Below, piece by piece: positions 32,101-44,100 of a stretch of 64,000 bases of DNA (positions are counted from its first letter, which is position 1; the number at the start of each line of letters is the position of its first letter). Below the pieces are notes generated by a model that had not been told where the DNA came from, made no database searches, and was given only the letters and a program-made list of their open reading frames with translations. Source of the stretch: Antedon mediterranea (taxonomy: Eukaryota > Animalia > Echinodermata); assembly GCF_964355755.1 (NCBI RefSeq), contig NC_092671.1, positions 15,562,001 to 15,626,000 of the forward strand, given 5' to 3'. Both the position numbers and the translations under genes were made by a program.

Positions 32101-35100
32101 TAATTTTCAAGGGTGGGTTGTCCTTCCTATTAGTAAGGTATAATGCATACATTTTGTAAAGCTTTGTTACTGAGGTAATCATATAAAGAATTGTAAAGGT
32201 AGAAATTGTATTATATTTCTGTTAAATCTTAATTACAAAAGATTTTGTTATTTAGGAGGTTTGTTTGCTATGTGAGCCAGTTTCATTTTAGAAAAATCCA
32301 ATTTTGAACACACTCTAAATAAAAGAAAATACTTTTTTTCATTTTGTTTTTAGCCAAACCGTCGTGAAACCTGGTGTCCTGGAACAAGAAAGTTTCCCCT
32401 TCTAGCATCAGACCCTATTGCTGCAGCCGCTGCAGTGGCAGCAGAGGTTGGATCATTTGATGTCGCTACCACTTTTAAATTTTCTCCAAAAGCAAAAAGT
32501 AGCATAAGCTCTTGCAGTGTCAGCAGTGATGGTATGTTATATTTTGCTTATATTACACACAAATAAAAATTAAAGAAAACAACATACATACTATGTAGTC
32601 AAAAACACAAAATGTTGATGACATGATTGGTCATTTTAGGTTACATAAAATCTAGTGAATGTCATATCAGTGTGTAAGTACTACTGTGGTATGAATTTAC
32701 AGAATTTTCAGATAGCAAGTTTGAAAAGTTTGCTGAAGAATGTTCAGGCTTTTTGTCTGATGAATCTATACCCAAAAAGAAACGACGACGGGCTGTGCAT
32801 TTTTCTGAAATACCACCTATAATGGATGTTAGTATGTCTCATGCACAAGAAATTGGCTGTCAGACAGAGGTATGTCAACCCAGTCTAAATTGCTTTCAGG
32901 TGTAATTAAAAGTTTAATTAAGGCTTGAAAGATGTATTGTCCCTTTGACTAATTCCAAAAAAATTTAAAGAAAAAGATTTGAAAAAAGGTGGGTCATTTT
33001 GAAGTATCATAATAGTTATTAACTTTCACCAAAAATTAGTCGGGAAAAAAAATCATTTAACTGAAATACAGACATATTTTGGTTCAAAAAATAACTTTGA
33101 CTTCCAGTCAAAGTTTTTGATCAAAACATATCTCATAATGCAACGCCCTTATTTGGCTACTCTGTATGCATAATTATAAAACTTCCTCGCGATCTGTGTG
33201 AAAAGACCTTCTCAACCGTGAAGAGTTGTAAACAATCCTAATTAGCATCATGCATAATGCATACTCATGGTTTGAAATCTTTGTTTACTTTCGCTCCTGA
33301 CGATTTTCTAGACGAAATGTAATAAATTAATTTACCTGTTAATTACGTACACTTGTATTTTCAACTTAAAGTGAATAACTTTAATATTACTTTGATATGA
33401 CCAATTTAAATTTAGAATGTTTAGACCTTCATTTTTTGTTTTTAAAGGGACAATACATCTTTAACACACATAATACATTTAAATAAGATGCGTAATTTTC
33501 CTTCTGTATCCACAAACAAATTATTCATGCGGTTTTTCACCTCTATTTTTTTTGTTTCTAAAGCTCTGTCTACATTATCAAACCATATGTGACAACAAAA
33601 TGTGATGTGACCATATATAGACATGATGATATCACTATCACATATCACTATCATATTTGGGCACCTCACACTTGTTTTGTCAAACTATTTTTATAGTGTA
33701 GACAGACCTTAAATCTGTCACTGGCAACCATTTTTTCAGCCAAATATTTTTATTTTTTATATATTTATTTCTAGAATGTAATAGATCATGATGTGGCAAG
33801 TTCCCATGAAGAACTAAAAGAGTCCATCATTATCTGCGAGGCACTGATGCAGGAGAAAGATGAACTAAAAAGTGAAAATGAATTAATGCACCAACAGATA
33901 TTGCAATTAAAGGAAGAAAATCAAGAAATTAATACTAAATACATAACAATGTAAGCTTAAAAATATAAACAATAATATTTAAAACAATGTAATTATAAAT
34001 ATTGCTGTATGTTTTACTCTTCTATCAATTGTGCATTACCATGTTACGAGTAGTTGAATCATTAAAGTTTCGACGTACGCAAAGCAGAAACTGTTTTGAT
34101 TGTACGTCTATGGCATCATGCTTACATTGTCGGTTCCCACTTGGGACACGCAAGGTTTTGTTCTTATGGAACGTTGCGTTGATACATTGCATCTACGTCC
34201 TTGCTTTGCGTCCTAGTGGAAACCAAGGTTTATTATGCGTGATAATGTTATTGTTGATATTTATAAATATAATGAAAATAAGAAATATATAGTGTTTATG
34301 TTGCAGGAATTAGCTCCCTCTCAAAATAAGTCTTTTTTATCATGCTTACTAGGTTAGATTTTAATAATCAACTTTTTGTTTTCTCGAATTACAAAGTATT
34401 CTTTTGTAATATGATTATACAATTTATCTTTGGAATTGATTTAATGGCAGGGAAATAGAAGGTAAAAACGTGAAGAAGGAACTTAGTCGACTCACAGAAG
34501 AATTCATGGAATTGAAAGAATTTACAAGTATTGAACAAGAAGTTACTGATACTCACTATAAAGATATTGAGGTATTATTATATAGTTTGTATTTATTATT
34601 TATTCGCACTCAAGACCAACCAATTCTGGCTTATGAGTCAACATTATAAACCATTTTAAAAGAAAAATAAAAACATACAAAAAGGCATACAATACGGTAT
34701 ATACATCCTTAAAAATACTATACAACCTGTTGATATTTAAATGTCATGCTCTAATGGAGTAAAACATTATATATGTATTATTATATTTATTCCATTGTTT
34801 TTTGTTTTCCCTAGATAAAACATCAATCAATCGTGAAGGAACTTAACCAAACAATTGAAGGAAAGGAGAAGGAAATTGGAAGGCTGAGAAGATCAATCTG
34901 TATTCCTATACCTTTACAACCTAGCTCTGATCAGGTAATAATTCACATATGTTTTTGAGTCCGTGAACTCCCTGTTAATAAATATATGAAACATTTTAGT
35001 TAGTCAGGGCTTGTCATTGTCCCGACCTAGAATTTGCACAACTGTTTTAAAAGAAATTGAGTGAAGAAGCGCATCACAATGACCCAATGAATTAACATGA

Positions 35101-38100
35101 CTTGTTCCTAGGTCATATGTGCAACAAATCGAAAGAACCCTATTAGTTTGACTTTTTCATCTGTTTGAGTATTTTAACTTTATGAATCCTCTTATAGTTT
35201 TGTTTGAATGTCGTCTATATATTTTTGTATCGTTTATAAAAGGGCGTCTTCAAGTCAGTTGTACTGCTACTACTACTACTTGTAAAACAAAGTTGAATTG
35301 CCTTATAGTGCATGCTTTAATTTTCTTTTATTTTTGTGACAGACTGGAAATGAAGAATCTTCTCAGAAAATGAAGGAACTGGAAATGAGTTTAGAAGATG
35401 CCGAGGCGGTTCTAATGGATACCAACAAAGCATTATCTGAAATGAAAGACATTAATGTGGTATTAGAGAAAGAGATGGTAAGGAACAATGTACAATAAAG
35501 ATAATGTTAATTACTCTTCATTATTCAGTACCTAGTCTAGTATACTGTGTCTAATAATATCCCAGGATTGTTGGCAAGTACACATTCCCATCAGGGCTCG
35601 ATTTATCTTTTTCATGTTGCTAGCCCACTGGGCTAGTTCACTGTAGATTTCACTAGCCCATACATTATTTTACTAGCCCACTCTTATTATCGCACCGTGA
35701 TAGCAGGGCCGCCATATAAATGAATTCAGGCATTTTGTACAATAGAGGGCGCACTAATCTAAACGCTCGAGAATTGCTACACATTTACATACAAACTGTA
35801 TTAAACTATTATTGCATGAAAAATTACACAAAATTGTATTTCTTTATTGTTCACATCCCGGTTCACATAAAAATTAACTGGCGCTACTGCAGTTTCGCAC
35901 CACACCATTATATCTTCGATTTCTCACCTAAATTTTTCTTTTTCACACTCACAACATAATATTATGTAACATGTTTATACGATTCGACCACTTACGAAGT
36001 AATTTTTTTTAAATAACAATACTTTTCAAAACATTTTAAACAATACTGAACTCGATGTCAACACACTGCGAAATGTTCGCCATCTTATATTTATCACTTA
36101 ATTGCCAGAATGTATGCTTCATTTTCCCCAAAAAATGTAGAAACTATAGAGGCCAGTGTAATAAAATCCGATTACACATATATAGGCCTAGGCCTATTTA
36201 GTTTTGAAAGGCAAGAAATATTTTCAGCTGGCGAAAGAGAGGTTTAATTAATATTTCATTATTAATATTAGTATTATTATTCATGTTAATAGGTCCTATC
36301 AATGTTTTATGTACAGACTCATATCGTCGCCGTTTTGATATGTACAGTGAGCTAGCTGGTTCTTTATAAAAACCACTCTTTGCAGTTTAAAAATAAAAAC
36401 AGAAAATAAAACATGCATTGATTTATGGCAATTTTCTGATTCTAAAATGGCCACAGTTCGATCGAGGAAATAGAGCTGTTTTGAAAGGCATTTTTTATTG
36501 TGATAAAGGTAAATATAACGGTGGCTAAATCATGGAAACATGTTACATAATGACCCAAAATTGTATGATGTGGGTGTGAGAAAAAAATTAAGCGATAAAT
36601 CGAAGATTTAACAGTGTGGTGCGAAACTGCAGTAGCGCCAATTAACTTTGCATTGCGACGCATAGTCTATTTCATGCTCAACATATTCACAGAATCGATT
36701 TATTGAGGTCTTTTTGTTGTTGGGCTTCAACCTAGCCAAGAAAACTAATTAGATTCTGTCTACCTTAGGCTAGAGGCCTAGGCCTAGAGCCTATTATTAT
36801 AGTAGGGTAGCTAGGATAGACCTACCTACTAGGCCTAGATCGCATTGGAGCACCTGGCCTACTGTACCAAAATGGTACTATAGGCCTAGCTAGGCCTAGG
36901 TAGTATCTAGCTAGGCCTAGCTGCTGCTGAGCAGCCATCACGATGCCAAACGATGGCTTTTGATTCTATCTAGGCCTCCTACGCATATTATAAAATATGG
37001 CCTCCATGGCCTACCTACAGGGATAGAGCCAGCCACCCGGCCCTACAAAATATCCCTAGCTTTGATCTGTGACAACCAGGCCTGATGACAAGACTAGACA
37101 AGTTATTTTTAACATTGGCAAAATTCTACTACATTTGGCCAATCACAGTTCGTTATTTATGGTCATATTTTTGTGACATGTTTGACCTGATAATGAAGCT
37201 CCGCCTACTTCACAATAACCAGGGTGACAAAAACATAAATGGCCAATCATAATTCGGGAAATTTGTTTGATTATGAGAGGCTCCGCCTACATCATCACTT
37301 GTTATGGCCACAGCAGCAGCGCGCCAGTGGTTTTTTTTTATGATGTTGCCAAGACATATATGTCTTTTATGCTGGAGTTATTTTTATGAGGTCATTTCGT
37401 CCCAATTTCGAGTTCCCACAACCTACTAGCCATCCGGGCTTAAAGGAAGATACTTTAGGTAGCCCGGAGCTGTTTTTACTAGCCATTGTACGCCGGGCTA
37501 GCACTAAATCGAGCCCTGCCCATACACTCATTCCCATACACTCATTCCCATACACTCATTTAATAAAGTCTCTTAAATACAGTACTACTATAACTTTATA
37601 GTTATCTCTTAATAATATTGATATCATTTTATATCAGGGATGTCACCACGGCCCCGTCCACCACTCGCAATTTCCGACCACCATTTTCATGACGCCAACC
37701 ACCACTATATTTACGCATGTAGATAGTAGTCTATTGTTCGTAACCTACTACTAATGCTACGATGTATTGTTATTATGTAATCGATCTTGTGTGTTTGTCT
37801 GTTTGTTAGCAGGATTACTCAAAAAGTAATTACAAGATCTTTACCAAAATAAATGTAAAGATAGATATGTGGTCAAGGACCATTCCATTAAATTTTGGGA
37901 CCATTTGAAACCACGGTTCCAATTCTGGACCACTTTTTTGTATACTTTTCAGACGTGCTAGTGTTAAAATAAGAGATAGGGCATCCCATGGTGGTGAAAT
38001 TAGGTGGTATCTCTCATCTAATTGGTGCAGATTTTTTTAGTCAGATATTGGTACCTAGTTCATCTAACCAAATGTCTCTGGCCTGCCTGTCTGGTAGCCG

Positions 38101-41100
38101 GACAACCCCCCCACCCGATTTTTTTTGGGGGGAGGGGGGGTGTCGTCGACCACCACTCATGCTGGTTACATCCCTGTTATATATAGGAAAGTTTGAAAAA
38201 AAGATTACAGCAACTGGAGAATGAGAAGTCCGACTTCCAGGTGAGCATAGATATTCAGAAGGATAAGAGTGATCGTATGTGTACTGAATTAAGAACAGAA
38301 TTACAATTGACCTACCAAGAACTTTCTCAGGTCAGAGGTGAAGAAGTTCATATACCAGAAAATACTCAACATTCGGTACAAGAATTACACAACACTATTG
38401 AACGGTAAATATATATGAATGAACTATGGAAGATCTATTTATTTACAAAAGATTTAATGTGTGAATTATAAAGCCATGTCTTGTTGAAATATAAATTTAA
38501 CATTTTCTTTTTAGTCTTACAAAAGAAAGTGTGACTTTGAAAGAAGACCTACAGTTAAGCATTACAAGTGTAAGTTTTCTTGATACCATTACCACATTTT
38601 TTTTCCGGCCATGCACTAATAAATTGAAATAATCAAATATAGAGATTTGATTTTGCAGAGTGTTGAGATTCAAGAAGATCTTATTAACTGTCAAGAGGAA
38701 TTGGAACAATGTTCAGACAAGTGCAAGAAATTAAAGACTGAAGTTTTAACCCTCCACAAGGAACTGGAATGTTCCAGAAAGGTATCAGAAGAAAGAGTTA
38801 CTCAACCTGAAGTAAGCAACCTACAAGATCAAGAGATGTATACACAAGAGATTGAAGCACTTAATAGCAAAATACTGGCTCTTCAAGAAGAACTGGAATG
38901 TTCCAGAAAGGTATCAGAAGTTAATCAACCTGAAGTAAGCAACCTACAAGATCAAGAGATGCATACACAAGAGATTGAAGCACTTAATAGTAAAATACTG
39001 GCTCTTCAAGAAGAACTGGAGTGTTCCAGAAAGGTATCAGAAGTTAATCAACCTGAAGTAAGTAACCTACAAGATCAAGAGATGCATACACAAGAGATTG
39101 AAGGACTTAATGGCAAAATACTGGCTCTTCAAGAAGAACTAGAGTGTTTCAGAAAGGCATCTGAAGAAAGAGTTACTCAACCTGTAGTAAGTAATCCACA
39201 AGATAGCCAAGAGATGCATAAACAAGAGATTGAAGCACTTAATGGCAAAATACTGGCTCTTCAAGAAGAACTTGAGTGTTCCAGAAAGGCATCAGAAGAA
39301 GGAGTTACTCAACCAGAAGTAAGCAACCTACAAGAGATGCATACACAAGGGATTGAAGCACTTAATAGCAAAATACTGGCTCTTCAAGAAGAACTGGATG
39401 GTTCCAGGAAGGCATCAGAAGGAAGAGGTAATGAAAGGGAAGTAAGCACCATTCAAGAGATGCATAAACAAGAGATCGAAGCACTTAATAGCAAAATACT
39501 GGCTCTTCAAGAAGAACTGGATGGTTCCAGAATGTTGGCAGAAGAAAGAGTTACTCAACCTGAAGTAAGCAACATACAAAACCAACAGATGCATACACAA
39601 GAGATTAAAGCACTTAATAGCAAAATACTAGCTCTTCAGGATAAACTCCAGCAGAAAGGGGAGAATGCACATGAAGAAGAACTAGAGATTGTCAAGAATA
39701 TTGAAAAAAAGACAACTGAGGATAATTTGACAGTTTTGACGATGCAGGAAACTCTACAGGAACGTGAAAAAGAGTGTGAAACTCAGAGGATTATCATAGT
39801 TTCTCTTCAAAAAGAAATTGAGCAACTGTCTTCTAATGATATGGAATTACAAGAAAAGGAAGCATGTGATATAAATGGAAGCAATCAGGGGACTAGTAAC
39901 ATGGTTCTTCAAAAAGAATCGGATCACACTGCTGCAGAAAAGGAACATCCAGACAAAGAATCTGACATAATTTGTAATTTGCAAATGCAATTGAATGTGA
40001 AGACAAATGAATGTGAAACTTTAAATGAAATGGTGGTCTCCCTTCTTGAACAACTAGAAAAAGACAAAGAGTTTAAAGAAAGTGCTGAGGAGAGTGACTT
40101 AAAAGTCAAAGTTATAGAGCTTGAACGAAGATTGGAATTAAGTAGAGATTACGAGGTAGAACTTGAATCTCAAGTAGAAAATTTAAGAGAACTAACTATG
40201 ATCAATGAATATGAAAATCCAGAAATTAATTCAAAGGAAACGTTAATGGATGTTGCTGAGAACGATCCAGAATTGATTTCAGAAAGGGATACTACTTCAG
40301 GTAATAAATGCTCAGAAGAAGAAGATATCAGTTTAGATGAAAGTGAGAATATAACATCAGCCAGTATGGCTACAGTAGAATATGGTGAAAACAGGAAAAA
40401 GAATCTTGAATCAAAAGTTACTGAATTACAGGTTCGACTAGAAGAGATGACAGATTTACTGACGGAAATGTCGAAAAAACTTGAGCACTCGGAAGAGATG
40501 CTGAAATTCTCAAAAGATTATGAAGTTGAACTTGAAAGGCAATTGGAAGAAGCAAATAAGAGCAAGGAACAGCAGATGGAAATGTTTAATAGGGATCAAG
40601 CTGAGACAGAATCAAAATTGGCTGATATGGAAACCAAAGTATATGGCTCAGAGGCTAGTTATACAACTATAGAGTCAAAACTGACTGATGCAGAAGCCAA
40701 GTTGGTTTTTATGGAGTCTAATATAAGGGAAACCGAGGCGAAGTTTGCTGAAATGGAATCTAAGATTGTTGAGTTGAAATCAAAGCTTGCTGAATCGGAG
40801 GTTAAAGTTGAACAATGGAAGGTTGAAGCGGAAAGGAATAAACGTTTGATTGCAGAACAGAGCATGAGCACTGATATGATGACAACACAGTAAGTTGATC
40901 TAAATATGAACTAGTATGAGCTTGTATGCTTTCTGCTTTAAAAATATGGTTCTTGAGACTACATATCTTCTAATACAGTATCTCTATATATTATTGTGAA
41001 TACTGTGTTCAAAAAGATAATGTTTTTTATATATCCAGGCTTGAATCGTACAGACAGACTGCTGATCGTGCAAAGGGTGCACTTTTAGCTGAGAGCAACC

Positions 41101-44100
41101 GTGAGCTTGACCAGCAACGCAAGATTGAAACTCTTGAAAATGCCCAGAAAGAGTCAGTAGCAGTTTTTCAACAGGCCAGTAAAGAAAAAGATGAGATTAT
41201 TGCAGGTCTGGAGAAGAAGACCAAAGATCTATTGACCAAGTTAAGACAAACAGAAGCAGAGAGTGATCAAGCCACCCACAGGTCATTGCAGATGGAAAGA
41301 GAATCCCAGGTATAATTAATTATTTCAATTGTAAAATAGATTACGGATAGAAATTGAACAGAGAATGGCCTATTAAAAAAATTACATTCATTTATACAAA
41401 GAAAATACAATTAACAGATTTACAATAAAAATCAGTACTGTATAGATCATAAAAATACAATGTTATATTTCATCTTCTCTACCAGCCATGATGTTCTCGC
41501 ATGTTATCAATGTTATGGTATACATACCTAACAAAAAGCTTGAAAAGCCTGCTATAAATGAGATCGCAGAAATTATCGAAGGTATTGAGTGTAGTCACCC
41601 TGAGGCGCTTGTAATTATCAATGGCGATTTCAACAGATGCAAGCTCAAGAAAACAACTGCCACATATTATCAGCATGTTACATGTAAAACGAGGGACAAC
41701 GCGATTCTTGATTTATGCTACTCTAGTGTGAAGGATGCCTATATTTCGACCCCACTACCGAACTTGGGCAAATCTGATCATAATTTGATTTTACTCAGTC
41801 CTAAATATCGCCCGTTAAATAAGACATGCCAACCAAAAATTATTAATGTACGTAAATGGTCTCCTGAAGCCGAGGAAGCCCTGATAGCAGAATTTGAATC
41901 TACCGATTGGGATATTTTTACGGAGGATGAAGATTTGAATAGTATTACTTATGCAGTGAGCTCGTACATAAACTTTTGTATTGATAAATGCGTTCCAGTT
42001 AAAAAAGTGAAAATCTACCCTAATAACAAGCCATGGATCACGAAAGGCGTTAAATTACTGTTGTGTGAGAAACGTAAAGCCTTTAAGATGGGCGACTCTA
42101 ATCGTATGAAAATATTGACTAGAGAGATTAAATCTGAAATAAGGAAACAGAAGAACATTTATAGGAAAAAAGTTGAACATAACTTCAGGTCTAATAATAT
42201 GAAACAAGTTTGGCAGGGTATTAAACTTATGAGTGGTTACACAAACGGTGGTAATACACCCACCTCGATTCCGAATGTTACTGTGCAATATGTTAATGAG
42301 TTAAATGAATTTTATAACCGTTTTAATGTTCATGATTTTAAAAAAGAAAGAGAGGCCCTATTTAGCTTGTGTCGGGTGACTGAAGATGATCCCAAATTTA
42401 GTATAAGCATTTCTGATGTACATAGCGAATTCATGAAACTCAATTCATCGAAGGCTGCTGGGCCGGATAGAATCCCACCACGAGTACTTAAGGTCTGCTC
42501 TCCTCACCTTGATGGTATATTTACATTTATTTTCAATATGTGTCTTTCTTATCATGCGTTCCCGGATATTTGGAAACTTTCATGCATAATACCGGTACCT
42601 AAGAAACCTAAGATTAACAGCATGAATGATTTGAGACCCGTTGCACTCACGTCTGTCGCGATGAAAATATTGGAACGTATTATTTTAAAAATTATGCAAC
42701 CTTATGCTGAAAAAGTGTTAGACCCGTTGCAATTTGCTTACCGATCACTCCGTAGTACCAGTGATGCGATTTATTTTAAATTACATAAATTGTATTCACA
42801 TCTAGATAATGTAAAGAAAGGCCACTCGGCACGTATTATGTATTTTGATTTTCAGTCTGCGTTTAATACCATACAACCCCATATCTTAGCAGACAAAATG
42901 TTGAATATGGAGTTTCCCCGTCCGATTGTTCGTTTAGTTTTAAATTTCATTTGTGATAGAAAACAATTTGTTAATATTAATGGTGTTAAGTCAGAAATCG
43001 TAACCTCTGACACCGGTGTTCCTCAGGGTACTGTCAACGCACCTAAATTATATTCCTTGTATACGGCCGATTACAGATCTTTAAATGATGAGCTTTGCCC
43101 CGTTGTTAAATTCGCTGATGACACTAGTACTATTGGTCTCATAGTTTCAAACAATGATGAAAATTATCGTAGCGAAATACAAAGATTTGTAAAATTTTGT
43201 GACGATAATTATCTCCAAATAAATGCATCAAAAACAAAGGAGATGATCATTGATTTTAGGACTAAACATAAATTTAATTTTCAACCAATCACTATCAAAG
43301 GTAAAGAAATTGAAATTGTTGACCAGTACAAGTATCTAGGAATTGTTTTCAATGATAAACTGAATTGGGGAGACCATATAGACTACATCAGCAAAAAATT
43401 AAATCCCAGAATGTATTGTATGAGAACTTTATATAAATTTAACTCCTGTGATTTGATGTTACTTTCGTTTTATAGATCCGTTATATGTAGTGTTTGGACG
43501 TATTGCCTCTCCTGTTGGGCTGGTAATGTTACCGGAGGGAATAAAGGACGCCTTGAAACTTTCATCCGTCGGGCTGGTAAAATGATTGGTCTGGAACTGC
43601 CTTCCTTTACCGATGTGCACCTAGAACACCTCCAGAAAGATTTCGAACGCATTGAGTCGGATGCCTCTCATCCTCTCCACAAAGTGATCATAGACCAACT
43701 TAATCCAAGTGGTAGATTGAGGCTCCTCAGTGTGAAAACAAATCGATTTGCTAAATCCTTTATTCCCTCCGGTATCATCCAGTACAACAGGAAGTCAAGA
43801 AGATAATTTTATCTTGTAATTTTTTAGATGTTTTTATATGAATGGTTTTATGCTATATTTGTTTTTATTGTGTTTTCTTTGTTATTATGACGAGCAATGA
43901 ATTTCCTTGTTGAGGATCAATAAAAGTTATCTTATCTTATCTTATCTTATGTAATATTTACTTTTATGTTTAAAGGACCTTCGTGATCGTGTAAAGGAGC
44001 TGGAGAATCACGCTTTTGATAATCGCCAGTTAACATGCAAACAAGATATGGATCCTGCTAAGCTTGCACAACGTTTAAAACAAGTGGAGTTCAACCTTGA

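Noticed and set aside
38647-40893. Stand-alone 748-aa coiled-coil gene
   Set aside because: It starts at TTG in an intron and is bounded by an acceptor (38658) and donor (40890) in phase with neighbouring exons; it is CENP-E exon 19.
41455-43965. TSD around the LINE (TGTTATATTT versus TGTAATATTT)
   Set aside because: Imperfect, AT-rich and not flush with the apparent 5' junction; may be chance.
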